This document shows positions 26,238 to 38,240 of a stretch of 59,053 nt of DNA, one piece after another. The stretch spans positions 1,043,211 through 1,102,263 of the forward strand of contig NC_083427.1 of the NCBI RefSeq assembly GCF_020745735.1, written 5' to 3'. The notes under the pieces are model-generated. The model made no database searches. It saw only the letters and a program-made list of their open reading frames with translations, and was not told the origin of the DNA. The stretch comes from Hemiscyllium ocellatum. Taxonomy: Eukaryota. The translations under genes and the position numbers were made by a program. Within the stretch, counting starts at the first letter, position 1; every line of letters starts with the position of its first letter.

Positions 26238-28772
26238 ATGGTTTGTCTCTGGATGATGCTTATGATGTCTCTTCCTAGAAATGGTCATTGCCTGACAAGC
26301 GGCAAGAATCTAGCTTACTGCTTGTCTGACCAAGCCTGGATTCTGTACAGTTTTTTGTGAGGAACAGCGACGCTGAAGAGTTAGATCGATAAGTGTGCCG
26401 CTGGAAATGCACAGCAGGTCAGGCAGCATACAAAGAGCAGGAGATTTGACATTTTGGGCATATCCCTTCATTAGGAATGTCAAGATCACACCCTTAGAAT
26501 TAAAAGCTTTCACTGTATTATTTGTTCAAATACAAACTACCACTTTACATTGCATGGATAGTGCCTATTTATTAAACTATTTTCCCTTGAAACTAACAAT
26601 GTTGGGAATGCTTGGCAGCTCCTGTTGCGAGTAAATGAGCTCAGGTTTAAAGCTTTCATGGTTTGTTATAGTTAACATGATACAAAACGGCAGTAGGGGT
26701 CTTTCACACAATCATATTCAATCATTTTCAAATGTTATTTATTAATATTAACTCAAAAGATTGACACCACTGCCAGTTCGTGCAGAGTCCGAAACCCTGA
26801 AACTTCACTTTCAGTTAGGAATAGATCACAGTTTTATACGAATCTCGGATTGGAAACCCAATTCCAGAATTTCCCATTGTCCAGTTGTGAAGGAACGAAC
26901 ACTGAAAAAAATGCAGGAAATCAACAGGCCTGACACATCCTAGAGTTCTGCAGAAAGGTCATATTGGATTTGAAATGTTATCCCTGCTTCTGTCTCCTCA
27001 GATGCTGTCAGTTAACATTTCCAGTCTGGTAATCTTTTATTAAAGATAAACTTGGTCGTTTTAATCCTGCGAGCTGACACGGCATGAACGCGACTGCAAC
27101 TGACTGTGTGCAACTGGGAACATTACCAGTTGGAAATTCTAATTCAAACCACTCACCATTCCGAATTGGAAATGTGTTGCAATTTCTTCAATATTGCTGA
27201 GTCCATATCCTGGGGTTGTCTCGCTAATGGCATTATATATCTACCGTCAACACATTGACTGCATGATTCAGGATGGTCGTTGATCACCCCTCACCCCACC
27301 GCCCCCCCCCTCCACCGTCTCCGTTATCGACAGGAAATGACCCCCTCAAAAGAGTTCAAGAAGGTAACCTAGACCTTAGCATTTTATGTTAAAGACAGAT
27401 GTGAAGTGACTATCCCAACTGTGATTCAGCTGGTCATACAAATTCGCTTTAAGTAAATCAATATTTTAGTTAAAACTAGAGTTGAAACACAAACAAAAGA
27501 CAACAGAATTTAGAATAGCTTGTTGGAAAACAGAACCAATCCAACACAGCAACTTAAGTAAGAAACTTCTCCCATCAAGCAACACCCTATAAACACATCC
27601 GTTGTCAAAAGGGAAATTTAAACACAGATTCTTATCAGTTAGAGGGAACAACCTCCAGAGATTTCCGAGCGGTACATCAACTGGAAATCATCTTCTGAAG
27701 TTTGGAACCCTGTTACACTCCAACTGCTTCTGTTTGTTACTGTGAAACCGAAGTTCAAGAATGTTGAACGTGGAGAAGTGTTAACTCCCTTGCCTTTGTT
27801 AAACTAAGCTTTTCCGAAACATTTGGTCCGTCTGTCTTTACAAAATCTTTCAAAAGAAAACAAGGAGAAAATCATCTTTTCAAAGAGATATCATTGTCAC
27901 ACCTCCACCTTCTCAAGGACCAACGAGGATGGGCACGAAGCACTGGATCCAGATAGCGGTGCCAAATTCCCATGTAGCGAAGTGCTTCCCCCAAGTATTG
28001 TAAACACATGAGCACTGTCAAAATCAGTAACAACATTTGAGGTAAACACTGAGTACTGCACTCTCCAACTTCTTCCTTTCCGAAAAAAAAAGATTAGTCA
28101 CTGCAAGTACAATTTTGTTTGGAAATTAACGCATGCCAATCTGCCAGTACCCCTATCCTGTGAACGATTGAAAAGAAAAGCCAGGAACCTGCTTCCAGTG
28201 AAATCCTACTATGAAGAGAAAAGTTCCATTTTCCATGAAGGGTGCAACTTGTAGATAGGTTTTTGAGTGCAAAGAATGAGGAGCAGGCCATAAAGACAAT
28301 TAATTTTCTCAGTTAAGGTTTACAAACTGATGCTCAACCACTGAATGACTTAACTCATTGCCTTCCCCAGTGTGCAGTGAAGGCTGGCCCATTGCATATT
28401 TTTTGCAATAGAAAGGAAATCATGATTTGGGAGAGCAGTCTGCAATTGGAGTTAGGCTGGAATCCAATGAGCCATCGTCTTATCACATGGCAGAACAGGT
28501 TCAAAGGGGCAAATAGCCTACTGCTGCTTCTATTTCTTAATGCCTTACTTAGGATTGCACAAATCCAGTCAGTTTTATAGTAAGGTGACAGGCATGGCGG
28601 GTGAAGGTATTACGTGTACCTTCATTATGTGTACAAGTCAAAACAGGAAGAATCACTGCCTCGGCGTCTACACATAATTGAAGATCATAAAATTAAATAT
28701 TCAGCTCGAAATGGTTAAAAAATCCCTTAGAACATACGAAGGAGAAGGTTTCGCTGATTAATTGGTTCAGTG

Positions 28773-29466
28773 TAAAGAGATGGTGGAGAAAATATTCTTT
28801 TTCACTCAGTTTCCAGGATTCTTGCTCAATTTGATATCAATATAACATGGAAACTGCCCCTTCAGCCCAACTGTTACATTCCATCAAGGGTTCCTAAACG
28901 GAACTTTCCCGTTTTCCTGCGATTTGTCCATATCTCTATAACCCTTTGCAATCTATGTACCCGTCCAATTTGCGTTTACATGTTAGAACTGTACCTACAT
29001 CTATCACTTGCTCTGGCAGCTCATATGCATCACCCTCTGTGTGGAACAGTTGCCCCTCAGGTCACTTTTATTTTTTATTCCTCCCATCCTAAACTTCTGC
29101 CCTCTTGTTTTGGACTGCTGTACAGTGGGGGGAAAAAGACCTTGACGGTTCACCTTTGAAATGCCACTCATGATTTTATGACATGGAGGTACTGGTGTTG
29201 GAATACAGTGGACATGTTCAGAAGTCACAAAACACAAAGTTACAATCCAACGGGATTATTTGAAATCAAAAGCTTTCAAAGTGCTGCCCTTTCATCACAT
29301 GAAGTGATGTAGTGGCACTGCTCTGGAAGGTCGTGATGACAAATAGATCTGTTTAACTACAACTGGAAGTCATGTGACTTTTGACCATGACTTTATAAAC
29401 ATAAAGAGATGGTGGAGAAAATATTCTTTTTCACTCAGTTTCCAGGATTCTTGCTCAATTTGATAT
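28773..29466. repeat. 65-bp perfect direct repeat flanking a 559-bp block duplicated at 30591-31149
   Basis: 28773-28837 is identical to 29402-29466. The enclosed 28844-29402 aligns end to end with 30591-31149 at roughly 90% identity (eye estimate). Confidence 0.93.
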
Positions 29467-30574
29467 AAATGTGCTGATTTGGCTGAATCAGTAGAGGGCG
29501 CAGTTTACAGACAGGCCCAACTCTCGTCTCATTTTCTCCTGTCAGCTGGATGGAATAAAACGAGCAAGTATTATTTTCATTCATTCAAGAGACAGTGAGA
29601 GTCAGTAAATATGCAAGCATGTTATTGCCCATCCGGAGCTGACATGGTGTCAATGATATGCAGTAGTCTCTGGTCTTGCAGAGACACCCACAGTGCTATT
29701 GAGAAGGTCGGTCAAAGACTGTACCCTTCAGGAATGAGCAATACTGCTGGAGCTGCGATATAACCCCAAGTGAAGACGGTGAGGGGCTTGGAAATACATT
29801 GAATTTATGTGTGTTCCCAGGCATCTGCTGCCCCATCCTTCTCGATTATAGAGGCCATTTGTAAACCATATATAGTAACATGTCTAAATGAGAACAAAGG
29901 ACACAACATATTGCAGTATGGTACGGGGACTGGTAACCTCGGTTGGCTGAGTGTTTATTTTCTGATAGAGAGGACAATAGCTTTGGTTGAATCTCCTTGG
30001 GAAATTTGCATTTACTGTCAGGGAGGATGCAATCGAAAATCTGGTGGTCTGAACCGAACAAAAAAGAGGACTGTTAGGAAAGACATTTGACGTAGAGAAT
30101 TTATACAACTAAGACACGATGTATACTATTTGAGAATAAGGGACGTGAGGTGAGGTTTATGGAAATTCTGACCACAGTGTTCCAAGTCTAATGTTTTGAA
30201 GGACCTTACAGCAGAAATGGAGGATTGTAAATGATAGCCTTTTATTTAGGATTGTGGAGGGAGCGTGCAGCAAGCACACAAATGCAAGTAATATCAATTG
30301 GAAGCGTGGTCATAGGCAAAGTAAAGAACACTTTTACAGAATATGGCTAAAAACCAACATTTGTTGTTGACTTGGTACCGACCGGGATGTGAATTTCCAA
30401 TGACATTTGACATTTTGCAAGGGCTAAAACCTCGCAAAATGGGTTGGAATAGACCATCGGCAGTAAACCGTATTATGGCTTCATAACTCTAGCCATAACC
30501 CTATTGCTTTATTAGTACAAGATTTATTTTGTCCTGTTAAACACACGGAGGATACCATTCATTTAGAGGCATGC

Positions 30575-32940
30575 AGTCATAGAGTCATGCAACATGGAAA
30601 CTGCCCCTTCAGCCCAACTGTTACATTCCATCAAGGGTTCCTAATCGGAACATTCCAAATTTCCTGCGATTTGTCCATATCTCTATAAACCTTTGCAATC
30701 TATGTACCCGTCCAATTTGCGTTTACATGTTAGAACTGTACCTGTATCTACCACTTGCTCTGGCAGCTCATATGCATCACCCTCTGTGTGGAGAAGTTGC
30801 CCCTCAGGTCACTTTTAAATTTTTTTCCTCCCACCCTAATCTTCTGCTCTCTTGCTTTGAACTCCTGTACAGTGGGGAAAAATAGACCTTGGCAGTTGAC
30901 CCTTGAAATGCCACTCATGGTTTTATGATATGGAGGTACTGGTGTTGGACTATGTTGGACATCTTCAGAATTCACAAATCACAAAGTTACAGTCCAATGG
31001 GATTATTTAAAATTATAAGCTTTCAAAGTGCTGCCCTTTCATCAAATGAAGTGATGTTGAGGTACTGCTCTGAAAGGTTGTGATGTCAAATAGATCTGTT
31101 TAACTACAACTGGAAGTCATGTGACTTTTGGCCATGACTTTATAAACATTTATAAGTTCACCCTTCAGCCTTGTACGCTCCAGGGAATAACAGTCTGAAC
31201 TTAGCGAGTGTCTCCTCTTCACTCAATCCCTCCTGCCTTGGGAACATCCTTATAAATGTTCTTTGTCCCCTACCATTTTAATGACATCTTTCCTGTCGTC
31301 TGAACGGAATTGTACACAGTACTCCAAATGTAGTCTCACCAATTATGTTAACATCCATAACATGAAATCCCAAACTCTTGTAATCAATTCTCTGACAGAT
31401 GAAGGCAAGTGTGACAAACGGCCTTCTTCACCAACCAGTCTACCTGTGACACCACTTTCAATGAACTGTGCATCTGCGCCCTGAGGCATGTCAACATACC
31501 TTTGGGTTCTTCCATTAAGTCCTGATCTGGTTTGTCTTAAGAAAATGCAACGCTTTGCATTTAAGTAATTTAAATTCCATCTGCCATTCTTTGCATCATT
31601 GGCCCAGTTCACCTCGTATGGAACCTTCTTGACCTTGTATTTAATTTGGAGTTGTTCACACACTCATGAACAATACCTTAGACTTTCTCAACAAATTGTT
31701 TGCTTAACTGATGAATAACAGTGAAACAAACACCAGTAGTTGAGCCACACAACTGGTCACGACCTCCTGTCTGAACCACAACCTCTATCTCCATCCTCTG
31801 TCTATGAGCCTAAAGCTAAGTTTTCCAATTGGCTAGCTCTTCCTGCATCCCATTTGTTCTCATGGTATTATCCAGTCAGCCATGCGGAACCATGTTAAAG
31901 GCTTTGCCAATGTCCATGTGCACAATGTCTGCCATTCTGTCTTAATCTATCGTCTTGGTCACCCGTCCAATGATCTCAGTCAAATTAGCGAGACATGATC
32001 TCCCACGTGCAAAGTCATGCTGAGTGTCCCTCAGTAATCCTTGCCGTTCCAAATGCTCGTGGATCTTTTGTCTCAGAATCCCGTCTAATAAATTGTCAAC
32101 CACTGACGTCAGGCTTACTGTTATATAGTTCTCAGGTTTTTCCTTACAATCTTTCCTAAATAATGACAAAACATTTGAACCCTTCAGACTTTTAGCAGTT
32201 CACCCGTGGTGTCCATGTCACAGATATTTCTGCTAGAGGCCGCAATTACATTTCTGGAGTCCCACAATATACTAGGATACATCTGAGCATGGCCCAGGGA
32301 TTCGTCTACTTTTATGCATTTTAAGGCCTTCAGTACCTCCTTGTCAGTGATGTGGACTCTTCTCAAGAGATGAATATTGATTTCGCTGAGTTGCTCGCGT
32401 CCATGTCTTCCTGCAGTCTGACACAAAAAATTCGTTTGGAACCTTGCCTATCTCCTGTCGTTTCACACATATATGTAACCCTTGCTTTCAGGGGTCCTGT
32501 TCTCTCCCTAGTTACTTTTTCGCCCTTAATATACATGTAAAATCATTTTGGATTCTCCTTAATCTAAACTGCCAAAACGATCTCCTATCCACTTTATGCT
32601 GTACTCGTTTTCCTCTTCAGTCTGCCCCTCTATCCCCTTTACTCTCAAAGGATTCACTGATCTCAGATGTTCATAACTGAACTCTTGCTTTTTCTTGACC
32701 AGACCGTTAACATCTCTCCTGAGTCAACGTTCCCTACTCCTGTCAGCTGTGCCCTTCACTCTCACAGGAACATGTTGTCTCTGCACTCTTGTTATGTCAC
32801 TTGTGAACGCTTCCAATTTGTCAGATGTCCTTTTGCTTGCGAAGAGCGCCACCCAATCAACTGTTGACAGTTTCTATGTAGTAACATCAAAATTGGCCTT
32901 ACCCTGATTTAGAATTAAACTTGTGCATTAGTTGTATCAG
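30575..32940 (-). mobile_element. CR1/HER1-like LINE (~2.3 kb), with a ~206-bp PLE end inserted at ~30927-31132
   Basis: ORF 31942..32169 (-) KEKPENY..VSLTSVVDNLLDGIL...QHDFARGRSCLANL matches CR1 RT motifs. The PLE insert is flanked by CATGGTTTTAT/CATGACTTTAT. Confidence 0.85.
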
Positions 32941-33499
32941 TTTCCATTATTATTTCAGGAGAATAGAATTATAGTCACTGGTCCAAAAGCTCTCATCCAT
33001 TTGCCTGACTTATTCCCCAAGAAGTGGTCGACCTTTGCCTCTTCTCTGTACATTCATCTACATATTGATTAAGAAAACATTCTCCCTTGGAAAGGAAGCG
33101 TTGCTGCACCCATATCAGTGACATGAGAGGATGAATAATAATCCATACGAATCACTCCATTGATACAGTTCTGTTTGAAACAGAATCGTAGAACCATAGA
33201 ACATATCGATAGTCTAATCTGCCAGTTGTACATGCGTGCTGGCTACCTTGAAAGAGACATCGAATTTGTAGCACTTTAAATCACTTTCATACTGATTATT
33301 TTATTTGCAAACTACCCATTCTCTTGCTTTTTCAAGGTCAATGTGTTTTCTGTTGTCCCTTGTTTTACAGCAAGTATTTTACATTCATGCTCAGCTATTG
33401 ACAGCACTGACAGAGAAAATGCTTTATTCCCACAACAAACCTATAATCATGAATCCATCAATTAAATAGTCTCTGCAACTACAGAAATACGGCAACAGA

Positions 33500-34168
33500 A
33501 AGTGGAGTTGCAGGTCGATAGGATAGTGAAGAAGGTGTTTGATATGCTTGCCTTTATTGGTCACTCCATTGAGTATTGAGTTGAGAGATCATGTTACGGC
33601 TGTACAGAACATTGGCTAATCTAGTTCTGGAGGACTATCCACAATTCTGGTCTCCCTGCTGAAGGAAGGATGTCGTCAACCCTGAAAGTTTTCACCAAAG
33701 ATTAACAAGGATTTTGCCATGAGTGGAAGGTTTGAGCGATCGGGACAGTCTGAATAAACTGGTGCTATTTTCCTTGGTTCATTGGAAACTGAGGGCTGAA
33801 CTTTTAGAGGTTTATAAAATCATGGGGGGCATGGACAATGTGAACACTCAAGGTATTTCCCAGAGTTAGAGGAGTCCAAAAACGGAGGGCATACTTTTAA
33901 GGTCAGAAAGATTTGAAAGGAACAAATGGGGCAACAGTTTCACTCAGACAGGTCGTGCCTATTTGGACTGAGCTCCACAGGAAGTGGTGGAGGCTGGCAC
34001 AATTGCAACATTTAAAGAGCATCTGGATGGGTATATGGATAGGAACCGTTTAGAGAGATATGGGCATAAAATTGGCACATGGCACTAGATTCATTTAGGT
34101 TATCTGGTCAGCATTGACAAGTTGGGCTGAAGGGTCTGTTCCTGTGCTGTACTTTCCACGACTCCAGA
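33500..34168 (+). mobile_element. HER1-like LINE 3' fragment
   Basis: Homologous to the 36899-37560 copy in the opposite orientation. Confidence 0.8.
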
Positions 34169-34679
34169 ACTCTTGCTGTCGGATTGTTCATTGCAGTCAT
34201 GAATTTTCTACCATTTTCAATATTTACAATTCTTCATAATTGTGATAATTTCAATAAAAGTGACACTATCAAGGGCACGATTTATAATTGCAAAGGCTGT
34301 GCACTGGCACAAAACAGATCTCTGACTGATTCAGTGATTTGTGAAGAATGACCATGGCTTCATGATGTACTTTCTCAGTTCCCCTTATAACCAGGCCAAC
34401 GGTTTAAGCTATAGCATTTAAAAGTCTCCTGTCCCTTCACAGATTTTTTCTGAAACCTCAAAGTTCATATATTTCAAATTCCTTTGCAAATTATTCGCAA
34501 AAGAAACAAAAAAAATGTACTTTCCTTCATGTCACAGAGCAATGTTTGTGTGTTTTCTTGTGCTTGGTCTCGATAACCACACATGTTTTCGAATACATCA
34601 ACCATGATTTTGTGCCGGACCACATTTTGACGTTTGCTTTCCACTGTTCTCCTCCTTCAGCAACCTCCTCGTTTAGAAT

Positions 34680-35230
34680 GTGAAACATGAAGCAGAATTA
34701 GACCATTCAGTCTATCGAATCTGTCCCGCTATTCAATGAGACCATGGCAGATCTGATAAACCTGGGATTCAATTTCCTGACTTTTCCTTTTACCAACTGA
34801 TTCCTTCACTGAATAAAAATCTCTCCGTCACTGCCTTGAATATTTTAAATAACCCAGCATCGACCGCCCTCTATGATAAGAAATTCAACAGATTCACAAT
34901 CTTTTCATAGAACAAATACCTCACCACATCTACGTTAAATAGGTGAATCCTTACACTGATTGTTTCCCACAAGGGGAAACAGTTTCTCCAAATCTCTTGC
35001 TGATTACAATTGGTCTGATAAGATCGCCTTTCATTCTTCTCAACTACTTGGCTCAAACTTTTAATTATGTTTATTACAAAAAACTTCATAATCTGTGAGT
35101 AGCCGAATGAAATTTGTCTGGTCTCCATCCAGTGTCAAAATATATTTCGACAGATAACGGGACCAAAATTTGTTCACGGTTTTCCAGCCGTTATTTGATT
35201 ATTGGCTTCTACAGTTTCAGAAGGCCTCTT
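34680..35230 (-). mobile_element. CR1-clade LINE 3' fragment (third family)
   Basis: 3' end GAAGCAGAATTAGACCATTCAG...; similar to 42455-43660. Confidence 0.6.
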
Positions 35231-35569
35231 TCCACAGCTCATAAGGAAGATGACCAAATATGAGTTAACTTGCAGGTGCCGATACTTTTAAAGTGAGACA
35301 GGTTTTATCCCCAATTTGCATAATGTCCTACTTATGGAAAGAATAATTGAGAAGTTAGTCGTTCACCACGCCTTACCTAAAAATAACAACGAATTAATTA
35401 TTATGTACGCTGTTATCATTTCTGCTGGATTCCAGATAATGTGAGAGCGATTGTTCTTCATACTAATATCGCAATTGATCAAATAGGAAGTCAATGATCC
35501 CGATCAAAATTGGAGTCACTGAAAATCAGGTGAAAAATAGATACTTTGCGCCATTCCCAGCAAATGGAA

Positions 35570-35990
35570 AATGTTTGTAGTTTTGGAGATCAGTAATCTC
35601 AGCGCCAGGACATCTCGACTGAAGCTCTTCAGAATAATCTTGGCTGAACTATCTTCATCCGTTTCATTGATGACCTCCCCTATACCATAAGATCAGGAGC
35701 AGGGATGTTCACTCATGATTGTACAATGTTCAGCACTCTTCATAACTCTTGAAATACTGAAGCAGTCGATGTTTAAATGTACCACGATCTGGATCCATAG
35801 CACGTTTTGGGCTGACAATTGTCAGTGAAAGTTCCTGCCACTCTAATATCAGGCATTGATCATCACCAGTAACATTGCCCGGAGATATTAATTGGCATTA
35901 ACGTTACAGGATCACACAGCGTCGACAACCTGATTGTCACCGTTGACCAGAACCTGAACTGCTCTCGTCATATAAGTAGAGTCGCATCAA
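35570..35990 (+). mobile_element. CR1-clade LINE (second family) RT fragment
   Basis: TTCATTGATGACCTCCCC...GGGATGTTCACTCATGATTGTAC (FIDDLP...GMF..DC), homologous to 8400-8600. Confidence 0.65.
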
Positions 35991-36049
35991 GAACTGGTCC
36001 GTGCCCAGAAGTTTGATTCACTGACTATAGGATGGTGTGTTGCCTCCTT

Positions 36050-36360
36050 GGAAGGGAATGATATTATGATATGGGTGCGGAATTCTTTCTTGGGAAGATG
36101 GCACTCTCAGATGTCACTGTCTGTATTGGTGCTAACAACGAAGGCATGAAGAAGACTGAAGCCATGAAGACAGATTTCAGCGAGTTAAAAATGAAATTGA
36201 AAGACAGATTCTCAAAGGGAGCAATCTTAGGATTTCCCTCTGCCACGTATCAATGGGTAAAAGAGCAGAAGGTGTGATTGGTTCAAAACGTTTTGAAGAG
36301 CAGGTGTAGGAAAAGGCGCTTTGGATTTCTGAGGAATTAGAATGGATTCTGCAGCAGGTT
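36050..36360 (+). mobile_element. CR1 ORF1 (SGNH esterase-like) fragment
   Basis: ORF 36071..36277 DVTVCIGANNEG...FSELKMKLKDRFSKGAILG resembles the CR1 ORF1p VVVHIGTND...RELG.KLK.RTS.VVISG block. Confidence 0.6.
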
Positions 36361-36424
36361 GAGTCAGTGTTATCTGAACCTGCTACATCTTCACTGGTCA
36401 GTCTTTTCAGATGCTGGAGATCAG

Positions 36425-36604
36425 GGTCAAGAAGTGTGGTGCTGGAAAAGCACAGCCAGTCCAGCCGCATCACAAAAGCAAGAGAGTAGATTTTTCGAAC
36501 ATGAGCACTTAATCAGATGAAGAGCTCATGCTCAAAGCGTCGACTCTCCTGTTCCTCGGATTCTGCCTGACCGGCTGCACTTTTACCGCACCACACTTTC
36601 TGAC
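36425..36604. repeat. Head-to-head inverted pair of PLE terminal repeats (~90-bp arms)
   Basis: The left arm reverse complement (CTGATTAAGTGCTCATGTTCGAAAA...CAGCACCACAC) aligns with the right arm (CAGATGAAGAGCTCATGCTCAAAGC...CCGCACCACAC); centre at about 36515. Confidence 0.75.
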
Positions 36605-36898
36605 TAGTTCAGTTTCTGTTTAATTGTAACTCACAGAGTGTTGGCAGATGGATAATTCACTGACTGAAAAAGCATTGGGTATGAAGTGGCAATAGCTAGA
36701 TGTTTTGTGGTGTCGTTTTCATTGGATGGATCTTAGAGCATTTGAAATCCACCAAAAGTACCAGCAAATTCGGTGAAAAAAATCATTTGATAATTGATTC
36801 CGTGTTGAATGAGGCAGAGATGCAATGTAGACACGAATACTTTTATACAAGTATTTGATGTATATGTATGTACATTTCTCTCTGCGTGTGTGTATATA

Positions 36899-38240
36899 GA
36901 GTCATAGAGTCATAGAGATGTACAGCATGGAAACAGACCCTTCGGTCCAACCCGTCCACGCCGACCAGACATCCCAACCCAATCTAGTCACACCTGCCAG
37001 CACCCGGCCCATATCCCTCCAAACCCTTCCTATGCATATACCCATCCAAATGCCTCTTAAATGTTGCAATTGTACCAGCCTCCAACACTTCCTCTGGAAG
37101 CTCATTCCATACACGTACCACCCTCTGCGTGAAAAACTTGCCCCTTAGGCCTCTTTTATATAGTTCCCCTCTCACCCTAAACCTATGCCTCCTCATTCTG
37201 GACTCCGTGACACCAGGGAAAAGATTTTGTCTATTTATCCTTTCCATGCCCCTCATAATTTTGTAAACCTCTACAAGGTCACCTCTCAGCCTCCTACGCT
37301 CCAGGGAAAACAGCCCCAGCCTGTTCAGCCTCTCCCTATAGCTCAGATCCTCCAACCCTGGCAACATCCTTGTAAATCTTTTCTGAACCTTTTCAAGTTT
37401 CACAACATCTTTCCGATAGGAAGGACACCAGAATTGCACGCGATATTCCAACAGTGGCCTTACCAATGTCCTGTACAGAAGCAACATGACCTCCCAACTC
37501 CCAACACTGACCAATAAAGGAAAGCATACCAAACGACTTCTTCACTATCCTATCTACCTTTAACTCCACTTTCAAGGAGCTATGAACCTGCACTCCATGG
37601 TCTCTTTGTTCAGCAACACTCCCTCGGACTTTGCCATTAAGTGTATAAGTCCTGCTAAGATTTGTTTTCCCAAAATGCAGAACGTCGCATTTATCTGAAT
37701 TAAACTTCCTCTGCCACTTCTCAGCCCATTGGCCCATCTGGTCCAGATCCTTTTGTAATCTGAGGTAACCAACTTCGCAGTGCATTACACCTCCAATTTT
37801 GGTGTCATCTGCAAACTTACTAACTGTACTTCTTATGCTCGCATCCAAATCATTTATGTAAATGATAAAAAGTAGAGGGCCCAGCACCGATCCTTGCGTC
37901 ACTCCACTGGTCACAGGCCTCCAGTCTGAAAAACAACTCTCCACCACCACCCTCTGTCTTCTACCTTTGAGCCAGTTCTGTCTCCAAATGGCTAGTTCTA
38001 CCTGTATTCCATGAGATCTAACCTTGCTAATCAGTCTCCCACGGAGAACCTTGTCAAACGCCTTACTGAAGTCCATGTATATCACACCTACTGCTCAGCC
38101 CTCATCAATCTTCTTTTTTACTTCTTCAAAATACTCAGTCAGGTTGTGAGACATGATTTCCCACACACAAAGCCATGTTGACTATCCCTAATCAGTCCTT
38201 CCCTTTCCAAATGCAAGTACTTCCTGTCCCTCACGATTCT
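36899..38240 (-). mobile_element. Youngest HER1-like CR1 LINE in the window (5'-truncated, 1.3 kb)
   Basis: ORFs 37393..38085 and 36984..37532 (-) give YMDFSKAFDKV, GVTQGSVLGPLLFIIYINDL, KFADDTKIGG and LEYRVQFWCP, broken by one frameshift. The tail is an 8-bp (CTATGACT)n repeat. Confidence 0.95.

Noticed and set aside
26037-26360. ORFs spanning the N run
   Set aside because: Artefacts of translating an assembly gap.
27460-27800. Possible LTR fragment
   Set aside because: It resembles shark LTR-type repeats from memory only. No paired LTR, PBS, PPT or TSD is visible.
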